From NCBI RefSeq assembly GCF_006345805.1, contig NC_043014.1, forward strand, positions 1,860,001 through 1,924,000: a DNA stretch of 64,000 nucleotides, read 5' to 3'. Positions 52,229 to 63,910 of this stretch are shown here, in pieces. Every line of letters begins with the position of its first letter. Position 1 is the first letter of the stretch. The translations under genes and the position numbers were made by a program. The stretch is from Octopus sinensis. Its lineage: Eukaryota. Below the pieces are notes generated by a model. The model ran no database searches. It saw only the letters and a list, made by a program, of their open reading frames with translations, and was not told the DNA's origin.

Positions 52229-52310
52229 GGTAGCGTGGCCGAGCGGTCTAAGGCGCTGGTTTAAGGCACCAGTCTCTTCGGAGGCGTGGGTTCGAATCCC
52301 ACCGCTGCCA
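52229..52310 (+). tRNA. tRNA-Leu(AAG)
   Basis: GGTAGCGTGGCCGAGCGGTCTAAGGCGCTGGTTTAAGGCACCAGTCTCTTCGGAGGCGTGGGTTCGAATCCCACCGCTGCCA; 82 nt, long variable arm, anticodon stem CTGGT/ACCAG. Confidence 0.97.
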
Positions 52311-52317
52311 GGAGTAA

Positions 52318-52328
52318 TTTTTTTTTTT
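52318..52328 (+). terminator. Pol III terminator (T11)
   Basis: Oligo-T 8 nt after the tRNA. Confidence 0.8.
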
Positions 52329-53274
52329 AAACAGATGCAGTCGTCTCAATACTGTAAGAAGCTTGTTTCCCAACCACGTGAATCCGGGTTCAGTCCCACT
52401 CTGCGGCAACCTCGGCAAACAGTTTTATACTATTCTTGGGTTAATCAAATCCTTGTGAGTGGATTTCGCTGACGGAAACTGGAAGAAGCTTATCGTATGT
52501 ATATATAAATGTGTGTGTGTTTGTCCCCCTTCGCTGCTTGACAAGCAGTGTTGGTGTGATTACGTCCCTGTGATTAAAAATAGGTACTGGAGTCGGTTCA
52601 TTCGACAAAAATAATTTGTCAGGATATAACAGGAAAGTGATAAAACAAGTAGACACAGTTAGATAATAAGCAAGGGAAATAACTCTGTAAACGTACAGCC
52701 AGAGTTACTTCCCTGGTTTTTTTTTGTTGTTGTTGTTGTTTATTTCATTTGATTCAAAAGAGCCTTGATGTAGTCATTGAAGGTGCGAGAAATAATGACC
52801 AAATCTCTCTCAACTTGCACCCTAGTGTGTTTAAAATACACGGACGCTTTTGACATGAGGGTTGCACCAGTTACGATAAAAGGAAAATAATGTCCTATAG
52901 GCGTCGGCGTGGCTGTGTGGTAGAAAGCTTGCTTACCAACCACATGGTTCCGGGTTCAGTCCCACTCCGTGACACCTTGGGCAAGTGTCTTCAACTATAG
53001 CCTCGGGTCGACCTAAGTCTCGTGAGTGGATTTGGTAGACGGAAACTAAAAGAAGCCCGTCAATGTAATTAGACGTGGACTCTTGGCGATTTTTCCCTCC
53101 TTCCTCTTCTTTGGGACCTTCCTATGTCTCCTGTAAATGCTGTGGACGATCTTAGGTAGACTTAGGCAGTGTTCAGATTAAATTTAACGGCTTTTAATGC
53201 CTTGTATATTTAAAGAACAGCTGGATTAATTGAAGAACAGTCAACGGCGTTGGAGGGCATAAAGATTAAAGTTA

Positions 53275-53507
53275 TATATTTCTTTATTGCCCACAAGGGG
53301 CTAAACACAGAGGGGACAAACAAGGACAGAGAAACGGATAAAGTTAATTACATTGACCCAGTGCGTAACTGGTATTTAATTTATCGACCGCGAAAGGATG
53401 AGAGGCAAAGTCGACCTCGGCGGAATTTGAACTCATAACGTAACGGCAGACGAAAAACGGCTACGCATTTCGCCCGGCGTGCTAACCTTTCTGCCAGCTC
53501 GACGCCT
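53275..53507 (-). mobile_element. SINE family B monomer with TSD
   Basis: 15-bp TSD TAAAGATTAAAGTTA at 53260-53274 and 53508-53522. Confidence 0.92.
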
Positions 53508-53540
53508 TAAAGATTAAAGTTAGAGTCGAGGAAAAGTTAG

Positions 53541-54102
53541 ATGACATGAGAGACTGGAATCCATCTGAATATCGGAAAAGAATTCCTTGTATCATGTTGG
53601 ATCGCGGCGGGTATCAAAATGGCGCCATCCTGACTGCCGCTCAATGCTTTGTGAACACTGTAAAGTTTGCAAGACATGACACGAATGTAGTATGAAAACC
53701 AAGGCACCCCAGACTGTAATGGTCTTTGGGTGTGTCTTCAATGAGGGTCATAATGATGTCATGCCGCTCCACATCCTTGAAAAGGACCTTAAGCTCAATT
53801 CAGGCGGTTATGTGAAGCTGCTGGAGACTGTGGTCAAACTGGTTGGAGAAGTGTCACTGCTGGAAAGTCACGTGTGGCAGTAGGATTCGGCTACTTGTCC
53901 ATACTTGTCCATACTTGTCCATGAGAAGGACCAACGCTCTGCTCGCAAAACCCAAACCGATCTGGTGGCCAAGATCAAAGAGGTGTTTGAAGATCTTCTT
54001 ACGGACACAGTGAAGATGCATACCCCCAGGTTCCGGAGCCGTCTTGAGGCCCTGGTGCAAATTGAGGGCGGCTACTTTGACCAAACTGTTATCTCCCAGC
54101 CG
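53541..54102 (+). mobile_element. Internally deleted Tc1/mariner-superfamily transposase remnant
   Basis: MRDWNPSEYRKR...; KTKAPQTVMVFG...YVKLLETVVK...VWQ*DSA; DLVAKIKEVFEDL...RFRSRLEALVQIEGGYFD. Confidence 0.8.
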
Positions 54103-54224
54103 TAAAGCAGTTGATGTTTTTTTTGGGGGGGGGTTTTATACTTTTATATTTGTATTAGATACTGTGATTTCTTTTCCTTTTATGCAAACTTTCGAATTTA
54201 GTCTGAATTCCTTGTGTGAAATCA

Positions 54225-54524
54225 CATGGCCCAGTGGTTAGAGCATTGGACTCACAATCATGAGGCAGTGAGTTCAATTCCTGGACCTGGCTGTGTGTTG
54301 TGTTCTTGAGCAAGACACTTTATTTCATGTTGCTCCAGTTCACTCAGCTGTAGAAACGAGTTGCGACATCACTGGTGCTAAGCTATATCCGCCCCTTTGC
54401 CTTTTCCCTTGGATAACATCGGTGGTGTGGAGAGGGGAGGCTGGTATGCATGGGCAACTGCTGGCCTACCACGAACAACTTTGCCCGGGCTCGCGCCTCG
54501 GAGGGGAACTTTCTCGGGGAACAT
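54225..54524 (+). mobile_element. tRNA-derived SINE (family C-type head, different 3' part)
   Basis: TGGCCCAGTGG A-box, GAGTTCAATTCC B-box, gtgttcttgagcaagacact body. Confidence 0.75.
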
Positions 54525-54555
54525 TCAGTAACTTTAAAATAAAAAAAATTGCTCA

Positions 54556-54637
54556 TGGCAGCGGTGGGATTCGAACCCACGCCTCCGAAGAGACTGGTGC
54601 CTTAAACCAGCGCCTTAGACCGCTCGGCCACGCTACC
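54556..54637 (-). tRNA. tRNA-Leu(AAG)
   Basis: Reverse complement identical to 52229-52310; T8 terminator at 54541-54548. Confidence 0.97.
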
Positions 54638-54984
54638 TGCGATGAGTGCTTGCTTAAATATAATGACTTTCGGAAACATTTTTTCACGCTCAGAGTTGCT
54701 GAAGCATGGAACAAACTGCCTGCGTCAGTTGTTGACTGCCATGACACTGCATCCTTTAAGGCCCTCATGCTTTCCGAAATCCGCCGAAACTACACCTGAT
54801 TATATATACACTTTAGATTAGTTGTAGTGCACCTGAGCACTGTACACAATTATTATTATTATTATTATACGTACTTCCCAGAGGTTTATCATTTAAGTAT
54901 ATATGAGCATGCAACTAGACATGCAACTATATGCATGAGAATACACATACAATGCAAATCTACACACGCACACACACACACACA

Positions 54985-55226
<242 letters not shown>

Positions 55227-55580
55227 TGTGACTGTGTGTATACTTCGACTGTAGTTTGGGTTTACCCAATGTCTTTTGGGAGGATATTTGGTCAAAAGAA
55301 ACCACAGAAACACGTCAGGTAAGCAAAGATGCATATATTTGTGTCTGTATTTGAAGGTGTAAACCGGTGTGTCAGACTGCATCCCTTATGTCACAATGTA
55401 ACTTGGCCGACAAAAATATGTATCAAGTCAAAATGGTACCAGAGCCGCTCTGACTGCCTAAAAGACGGAAAACTTTGAATGTAGAGCTACAGCATGGCCG
55501 CATTCCAATGAACGTAACTAGTAACAGGAAAGTACGGAGAGGAATATATTCAGTAACTTTAAAATAAAAAAAATTGCTCA

Positions 55581-55662
55581 TGGCAGCGGTGGGATTCGAA
55601 CCCACGCCTCCGAAGAGACTGGTGCCTTAAACCAGCGCCTTAGACCGCTCGGCCACGCTACC
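55581..55662 (-). tRNA. tRNA-Leu(AAG)
   Basis: Identical 82-nt sequence; T8 terminator at 55566-55573; flanks shared with 54556-54637. Confidence 0.97.
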
Positions 55663-55952
55663 TGCGATGCCTGCTTGTCTAAATATAATGTAGTAATGCA
55701 TGGTGCATGACTGCTATCTGTCTGCTTATTCGGCTGACTACTAAGCAGGGAGCGAGTTGCGCCCCTTGACTTTTATAGTTTTTCTATAAATATATAGATA
55801 TACATATATTTCTTTATTGCCCACAAGGGGCTAAACATAGAGGGGACAAACAAGGACAGACAAACGGATTAAGTCGATTACATCGACCCCAGTGCGAAAC
55901 TGGTACTTTATTTATCGACCCCGAAAGATTTATATATATATTATATATATAT

Positions 55953-56133
55953 ACAGGAGTGGCTGTGTGGTAAGTAGCTTGTTTACCAACCACATGGTTC
56001 AGGGTTCAGTCCCACTGCGTGGCACCTTGGGTAAGTGTCTTCTACTATAGCCTTGGGCCGACCAAATCCTTGTGAGTGGATTTGGTAGACGGAAACTGAA
56101 AGAAGCCCGTCGTATATATGTATATATATATAT

Positions 56134-56170
<37 letters not shown>

Positions 56171-56416
56171 TATATATATATATATATATAATATATATAT
56201 ATATATGCGTGCGTGTGTTTGTCCCCCTAGCATTGCTTGACAACCGATGCTGGTGTGTTTACGTCCCCGTCACTTAGCGGTTCGGCAAAAGTGACCGATA
56301 GAATAAGTACTGGGCTTACAAAGAATAAGTCCCGGGGTCGATTTGCTCGACTAAAGGCGGTGCTCCAGCATGGCCGCAGTCAAATGACTGAAACAAGAAA
56401 AAGAGTAAAAGAGAGT
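55953..56416 (+). mobile_element. SINE family A, full length
   Basis: Homology; internal (TA)n. Confidence 0.9.
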
Positions 56417-56704
56417 ACAGTACTGTTTCTGCTTCGCGGATTTTCACCTATCGCGGGGGTGGGGGTGCGTAACACCAGCGATAGTCGAGGGATTACTGTA
56501 TAGGTACAATTTATTTTTGCCAGCTGAGTGGACTGGAGCAACGTGAAATAAAGTGTCTTGCTCAAGGACACAACACACCGTTGGTAATCGGACTCATGAC
56601 GTTAGGATCGTGACCCGAATAACCTAACCACTAAGCCATGCGCCTTCCCAATATTTTATGCATCCTGGGTCACGGCTGGTCAGAAAGTTACCCTTGGTTT
56701 CACG

Positions 56705-57110
56705 TTTACTCTTTTTACTCTTTTACTTGTTTCAGTCATTTGATTGCGGCCATGCTAGAGCACCACCTTTAATCGAGCAACTCGACCCCGGGACTTATTC
56801 TTTGTAAGCCCAGTACTTATTCTATCGGTCTCTTTTGCCGAACAGCTAAGTGACGGGGACATAAACACACCAGCATCGGTTGTCAAGCGATGCTAGGGGG
56901 ACAAACACAAACATACACGCACACACACATATACATATATATACATATATACGACGGGCTTCTTTCAGTTTCCGTCTACCAAATCCACTCACAAGGCTTT
57001 GGTCAGCCAGAGGCTATAGTAGAAGACACTTACCCAAGGTGCCACGCAGTAGGACTGAACCCGGAACCATGTGGTTGGTAAGCAAGCTACTTACCACACA
57101 GCCACTCCTA
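56705..57110 (-). mobile_element. SINE family A, full length
   Basis: Homology; convergent with 55953-56416. Confidence 0.9.
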
Positions 57111-57334
57111 CGTTTAGTATTAAATTGTTTTAAATTACCGGTGTGTTAACTGTGGTTCGCCTCTAAGGTACTCTAAGGTACCCTTAGAACGTGTTTATTG
57201 TTGTAACAGCCAACCCTGCAATATAGTCTGCAATATAGTGGACAGAAAAAAAAAAGCAGGCACTGCCTGACGTACGTTTCGATTTACGTCGGAATATATT
57301 CGTCGGTAATTGTGTCCCCACCTCAGCTTAACAG

Positions 57335-57640
57335 ACACATTGTCAGTTACGACGACAAGGGTTCCAGTTGATCCGATCAACGGAACAGCCTGCTCATGAA
57401 ATTAATGTGCAAGTGGCTGAGTACTCCACAGACACGCGTACCATTAGCGTAGTTCTCCGGGAGATTCAGCATGACACAGAATGTGACAAGGCTGGTCACT
57501 TGGAATACAGGTACAACTCATTTTTGCCAGCTGAGTGGACTGGAAAAAATGTGAAATAAAGTGTCTTGCCCAAGGTGCCACGCAATGGAACTGAACCCCA
57601 AACGAAATGATTGGGAAGCAAGCTTCTTACCACGCACCCA
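57335..57640 (-). mobile_element. Chimeric SINE: family A head, family C linker, 3' module shared with 61594-61976
   Basis: Minus strand reads ...gcgtggcaccttgggcaagacactttatttcac...ccagtccactcagctggcaaaaatgagttgtacctg...gcaggctgttccgttgatcggatcaac. Confidence 0.7.
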
Positions 57641-58006
57641 CACTTACATCTACATGATAGAATTCTACCAAATAATCGCAAAAAGAAGAAGGAAATTTAA
57701 TTTACATTCATTTATTTCATTAATCAACATGTTTTATTTTTATTAATTATACAAATAATTAGGCAATAAATAATTGGATACAATAAGAACTTTAAGTTTT
57801 ATGAAACGCAATTCATTGAAAATATTTTTTTTTCTCTTTTAGTCGTGAGGGAAGGCAGTACTCCTAAACCTTTAAAGGGACCCTGTGGCTGGTAGCAGAG
57901 AGGGAGAAATATATAGTGAAACCAGTGACCTTACTCGAATGAATAATAGAAAACTCTGTTAAAAGTATCCAAGACGCCAGGTTGCAGTGTTATATCAGAT
58001 GGTAGT

Positions 58007-59080
58007 TTATGTGTTCCGTCTGACGGAAATTTGATCGAATTCTCTGACGGAAGTCAACGATACTATTGAGATACTGTCCTTCCGCTTCCGTTTACTAAAT
58101 GTAGTTTCATTAACCGAGGAAAAGCGGTTACTCTGCGTCCGTTCTGTTGTTAAAGATTCCTCCCCACGACAAAAAGAACGGAGCTCTTTGCGAAATGTCG
58201 GTCCACTGGCAGAATATAAAACAAAATTGATGCTATTTGAAATATAATACAACACGTCTGTGACGCTTAGAGCAATCATCATAACTCTGTTGCCCGGGTT
58301 AAATCTCACGACGAAAACCATGATGCCGTATGGAAGTACTATCAGGAAATATACCAAATTGATTAAGAAGAGTATTCGAATAGCATCGTTCGAAGCTTGA
58401 CTTTGGTTAGCTTTCTTCTGCTGGGAATCTTTGACTAAAAAACGGTTCCTCAGTTTTGAAATTATTACAGAACTGAAAATCACTAATAAAACAGCCGGTA
58501 AAAAACTGAAGAAAACGCCGTAGATTAACTCGTAGAAAACTGCATAGTCTTCTGGTCCGGTAGTGACACAGATTTTGGCGTTACTGAAAGGTCTTGGAAT
58601 TAATGTTCGATAATACAGGTTTGATGCTGTCAGGCAGGAAATGAATAAGAACGTGGTTACCATGGCGATAATTTTTAGTTTGATTTTCAAATTAATGCTA
58701 CTCCATATTGGGAAACTAACGCAGACCATTCTCTCCGATGTTATCAGAACGGTCAACCAAGAAGCATAAAGCACGGATGTCTGGGAGAGATACGAGAAGA
58801 ACTTACAGAGGAATATATGTTCCGAGTTGTGGATAATGCCGGTCATTATGAACACCACTTTAGGAATGGCGTCTGAGAAAAGAACAACCAAATCATTGGA
58901 TACTAAAGTGATGAGGTAGACAAACACCTGCATAGCACGCATGCGTGGTCGCAGTAGGATGATGATGGAAAGAATATTCCCAATGATTCCGAAGCAAATC
59001 AAAGGGATAGCAACATAAACCCACATAAAATTGCGGGTCTTCCTGTAAAAGTCCAATAAAGCGTCGGTGTCGTTGGCCAT
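58007..59080 (-). CDS. Intronless rhodopsin-like (class A) GPCR, orphan/peptide-receptor-like, 357 aa
   Basis: Seven hydrophobic segments; TM1 GIIGN, TM2 LVSND, TM3 Cys and SERM, ECL2 Cys, TM6 LPY, TM7 NSINFVLY, helix 8 FRKEL; N-glycosylation sequon NDT. First ATG at 59080 (the track start at 59098 is TTG). Confidence 0.93.
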   Translation of the reverse strand: MANDTDALLDFYRKTRNFMWVYVAIPLICFGIIGNILSIIILLRPRMRAMQVFVYLITLVSNDLVVLFSDAIPKVVFIMTGIIHNSEHIFLCKFFSYLSQTSVLYASWLTVLITSERMVCVSFPIWSSINLKIKLKIIAMVTTFLFISCLTASNLYYRTLIPRPFSNAKICVTTGPEDYAVFYELIYGVFFSFLPAVLLVIFSSVIISKLRNRFLVKDSQQKKANQSQASNDAIRILFLINLVYFLIVLPYGIMVFVVRFNPGNRVMMIALSVTDVLYYISNSINFVLYSASGPTFRKELRSFCRGEESLTTERTQSNRFSSVNETTFSKRKRKDSISIVSLTSVREFDQISVRRNT

Positions 59081-59339
59081 ACTTCGGGTTTTATACAAAT
59101 ATTAATAAAAAGCAAAATTGTTCTTTTTTAAAAATTCTTTGGCTTCTTTCTGCTTCTTCTTTCTTTCTTTTCTTCCTTTCTTTGAATTGTGTCTTCTGTA
59201 TCTGATTAATCTAATAAATTAGATATAAAATACAAATTCATCAAATGTACATATTTTAATTAATAATGAAATCTCTCTCTCTTTCTCTCTCATTCTCTCT
59301 CATTCTCTCTTTGTCTTTCTATTTCTTCCCTCTCACTCA

Positions 59340-59464
59340 CTGTACATGTGTGCGTATGTGTGCGTATGTGTGCGTATGTGTGTGTATACATACATACAGA
59401 TATGCATACATACATCCATACATACATGCTTACGTACATATACACACATAGACATACATACATG

Positions 59465-59496
<32 letters not shown>

Positions 59497-59790
59497 CACA
59501 TACATACATACATACATACATACATACATACATACATGAATACATGCATGCATACATACACACATACATACATGCTTACATACATATACATACGTACATA
59601 CATACATAAGCACATACATACATACATAAGCACATACATACATACATACATACATACATACATACATACATACATACATACATACATACATACAAACATA
59701 CATACTTACATACATACATACATACGTACATACATACATAAGCACATACATACATAAGTACATACATACATACATATATACATACATACG
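59340..59790. repeat. (CATA)n/(CA)n compound microsatellite
   Basis: Read directly from the sequence. Confidence 0.95.
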
Positions 59791-59814
59791 CACATGGACC
59801 AAAAGTCACGCACC

Positions 59815-60100
59815 GTTGTAGAGCCCTGCTAATGTGAATGTCCAATCAAAAGTCCAGGAAATTGAAAACATTTATGGTGAATTCATGCAGCCCTTACAAC
59901 TCTTCTACTCTGACCCTAAATTCTCGTTTGTACCCATCATCACAGGCGTATTAAGCTATGTAACTATAAATTTACACAAAAACCTAAAAAGACTAGGTTT
60001 TTCAAAGAAAGAACAAAAGAAACTCTCGCAGATTCTTCAAACTCAATTTATAAGTGGCATAGTGAAGGTCTGTAAGACATTCCAAAGATTCTCCATCTGA
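59815..60100 (+). mobile_element. 3' fragment of an R4/Dong-like LINE (restriction-like endonuclease C-terminus)
   Basis: EIENIYGEF...FSFVPIITGVLSYV...LQTQFISGIVKVCKTF* resembles the C-terminus of REL-endonuclease LINEs (recalled pattern). Confidence 0.6.
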
Positions 60101-60701
60101 GATTCTCTAGGTGCATAGATGCACACCCTGGGGTGTGTGCCAACTCAACCGTATATTTACAAACACCGGGAAATCTCTTCACTCAAAAAGTCTTGCATAC
60201 ATTCAGTTGCGGTGTTCTGGAGTCGAGGGATACGTGGAGTCGCCCCTTTATTGCTATTAATCTCACATTCTTTCTGACCCGGAACGGTAGTAGCAGTTAG
60301 GGTCCCACCAGTTGGTTAAGTAGATTTCCCAAGGAGGTGAGGACGTTCCTATTATTTTTGGGAGAAGGCAAGTTCTTCTTGGAGAAAGTTACTCTGGTAT
60401 AAAACGTGCAGTCAAAATAATTTCTGCCATTTTGCAATGCTTGTCATTGGACCCTTCTATGACGACCGAAAGCGGGGCCAAAGTGTCGCACAAGGATTTG
60501 TCACCTTAAATCCAGTGACGTACAGGGATCCCACTAACATTAAGAGGGTGAATAGGAGACGGCAGGTGAGGCAGTCATCGTGTGTGTGTGTGTATGTGTG
60601 TATATGTGTGTGCGTATGCGTGTGTGTAATATAATTTAATATGTATGTATGTGTATAAAAATATATATATGATATAGTATGTATATATATATGTATGTAT
60701 G

Positions 60702-60836
<135 letters not shown>

Positions 60837-60937
60837 ATATATATATATACATACATACATACATCTATCTATAAATGCTCTAATATCTACACAGCCTTGG
60901 TTTTTTATTGTATAACGCAAAAAATTATTTCATATAT

Positions 60938-60993
<56 letters not shown>

Positions 60994-61593
60994 CGTATGT
61001 ATGTATGTATGTATGGATGGATGGATGGATGGATAATCTTTCACTTGTTCAAGTTATTAGACTGCGGCCATGCTGGGGCACCACCTTGAAGAATCTTAGT
61101 CAAACGAATCGGCCCCTGTATTTTTTTTTCTTTTGAAGCCTGTTACTTATTCTATTGGTTCTTTTCTGCCGAACCGCTAAGTTACGGAGACGTAAACACA
61201 CCAACACCGTTTGTCAAGTGGTGGCGGGGGGCGAGGACAAACACAGACGCAAAGACACACACACACGCTCTTCCTCTTACTTTACTCCGCTGCTCTGACC
61301 CAGGTAACAAATATACTGAATGACGCCACCAGAGATTACAGGTGTTATATACAGAATATAAACCTTCTTCTGTATGTGAACGACTTAAAAATCATCGCAG
61401 ACATTAACACGAGAAAACTTCCTAAAAATTTTTTCATAATTTCAGGAAAGTCATTAGAATGAATATGAGAATAAATAAAAGCACCTGGACGGCATTAAAA
61501 AGAGGCAAATTAACCGGTGTTGAGGTTATTAGATTAGACATGGATTCGGAAATGAAAGAAGATCATAACCAACCATCCTAATACCAGGAATAG

Positions 61594-61976
61594 TGGAGGC
61601 GCAATGGCCCAGTGGTTAGGGCAGCGGACTCGCGGTCGTAGGATCGCGGTTTCGATTCCCAGACCGGGCGTTGTGAGTGTTTATTGAGCGAAAGTACCTA
61701 AAGCTCCACGAGGCTCCGGCAGGGGATGGTGGGGATCCCTGCTGTACCATTTCACCACAACTTTCTCTCACTCTTACTTCCTGTTTCTGTTGTACCTGTA
61801 TTTCAAAGGGCCGGCCTTGTCACTCTCTGTGTCACGCTGAATATCCCCGAGAACTACATTAAGGGTACACGTGTCTGTGGAGTGCTCGGCCACTTACACG
61901 TTAATTTCACGAGCAGGCTGTTCCGTTGATCGTATCAACCGAAACCCTCATCGTCGTAACCGACGGAGTGCTCCTA
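61594..61976 (+). mobile_element. tRNA-derived SINE, full length, young
   Basis: A-box TGGCCCAGTGG, B-box GTTTCGATTCC; perfect 17-bp TSD CCTAATACCAGGAATAG at 61577-61593 and 61977-61993. Confidence 0.92.
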
Positions 61977-62059
61977 CCTAATACCAGGAATAGACGAGGC
62001 AGCTAAAATACTCGCACAACACAAACGAAAAAGAGAATTAGGAAAGAATACCATAGAAG

Positions 62060-62380
62060 TTTTTGGATTTGGTTTGCGAGATTCTTTATATGAGTTCGTG
62101 TGTTGAAGCATATTCTGTTATGTCTGGGGAGAGTCATTTTCTTTTTGTGCCTTATAATATAACACACTCACCGGTAAAATTTCCACTTATTCCTTATTTT
62201 CCTAAAATTTTCGTTGCGTCTTGCAACCTTTTCAATAGTCTTGACTCTTGAAAATATTGCAAGAGGCAACGAAAATTTTAGGAAAACAAAAATAAGAAAT
62301 AAGTGGAAATTTTACCGGTGAATGTGTTAAATCATAAGGTACAAAAAGAAAACGACTCTCCCCAGACACAACAGAATATG
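62060..62380 (-). mobile_element. Fold-back element (two inverted arms of ~130 bp), each arm ending in a hammerhead-like motif
   Basis: Arms 62109-62240 and 62243-62380; 9-bp direct repeat CCATAGAAG at 62051-62059 and 62381-62389. Confidence 0.8.
62202..62238 (-). ncRNA. Minimal hammerhead-like motif with U3-A8 covariant core and AAUU palindrome
   Basis: CUA-UUGAAAA-G-GUUGC(AAGAC)GCAAC-GAA-AAUU-U-UAG. Confidence 0.5.
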
Positions 62381-63299
62381 CCATAGAAGAGTTAGACTAA
62401 TATTAGTTTGGAATTTGGCACTAGGCCAGCAGTTTCGAGGGAGGGGGTGAGTCAATTACATCGACTCCAGTGCGTAACTGGTACTTATTTTATCGACTCC
62501 GAAAGGACGAAAGGCAAAGTTGACCTCGGCAGAATTTGAACTCAGAACGTGAAGACGAATGAAATCGGCTGAGCATTTTGCCCGGTGTGTTAACGATTCC
62601 GCCAGTTCACCACTAGACTAATATTAAAACTAGAATTCATTGTTAGAAATAAGTATTTCAACGTCCAAACTTTAGAGGTTAAATTAAAGTTTTTGCTTAC
62701 CTCAGAGTGATTGTAGCTCTACGATCGGCCTTTCAGGATTAAATCATTCTGTGGTCTCAAGATAGCTGTAGCCCATCATTCAGCATTTGAGGGCGAGATT
62801 CTGGTTTACAATGACCTCAAAATGACTGCATTTGAGGGTTAAACGTTTCTTCTTCCGCAACCTTCAAAGTGGTTTTAACCTAAAATTCGTCATTTGAGAA
62901 TGTAAGGTTTATTGTTCGTCTCAGTGTAGTTATACCCCAATATTCGTTAGTTAAGGATTATATGTTTCGTATGATAACCTGAAAATTAGCGTACTCCGAG
63001 GTTCGTCATTTGAAGGCGAAATATTTGTTTAGGTTTCCTCAGAGTAGCTGCCCAGCAACATTTGGTATTTGAAGATTAAATCTTTCTAATGTGCTCTAAA
63101 AATTGCTGTACCCCAAGCCCAACATGTGAGGGCGAAATGCTAGTTTATAATGGTCTCAGCGTGGTTGCACCCCTCAGAGGTTTGGCCGATGAGGGGTATG
63201 TTCACAGGCGAGGTTTGGTCGGAGAGGGTTTTTGTTATGTTGTTCTCAGTATTGTTGTATTTCAAGATTTTTTTTTTTCATGAAGAACTAAGGAAATAC

Positions 63300-63804
63300 G
63301 GACATCAGCTTCTTTAGGGTTTGCCAAAAACTTCCCTTCTTGCCGTAGCTAATTCCATAATCATTGCTTTTGTTGTTGTCGCCATTGTTGTTATTGTTGG
63401 AGTCACTATCGATGTGCTTGTTGTTGTTGTTGTTGTTGCTCTCGTTAAGATAATTACTGCTACTATTACTAATGTCCGAGACGGTGCTGGTGATGAGGGT
63501 GCTGGCAGTGGGGACGGGGCTGCCGCTGCCGCTGCTGTTGGTGGTGTTGGTGTTGTTGCTGTAGTTATTGGTGAGGGCGATGGTGGTGGTGGCGGCGCTA
63601 GTACTGGCTGCTGCTGCTGCTGCCGTTGGCCGTTGTGATGACAATGATGATGATGATCATAACCAAGAGCAGGAAGATGATAATGATGATGCTGATGATT
63701 GTGACATTTGTCTTAAACGAAGCATTTTGCCTTTGCATTATTATTATTATTATTAGTAGTAGTAGTAGTAGTTTTAGTAGTAGTAGTAGTAGTAGTTTTA
63801 GTTT

Positions 63805-63835
<31 letters not shown>

Positions 63836-63843
63836 TTTAGTTT

Positions 63844-63881
<38 letters not shown>

Positions 63882-63910
63882 TTGCTGATGGTGGTGGTGG
63901 CGGTGATGGT
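63300..63910. repeat. Compound (GTT)/(GCT)/(GGT)/(GAT)/(TAG)n low-complexity region
   Basis: Read directly from the sequence; overlapping ORFs are homopolymeric. Confidence 0.85.

Noticed and set aside
59081-59098. N-terminal extension MYKTRS of the GPCR ORF
   Set aside because: It starts at TTG, which is not a normal eukaryotic start; the ATG at 59080 is used.
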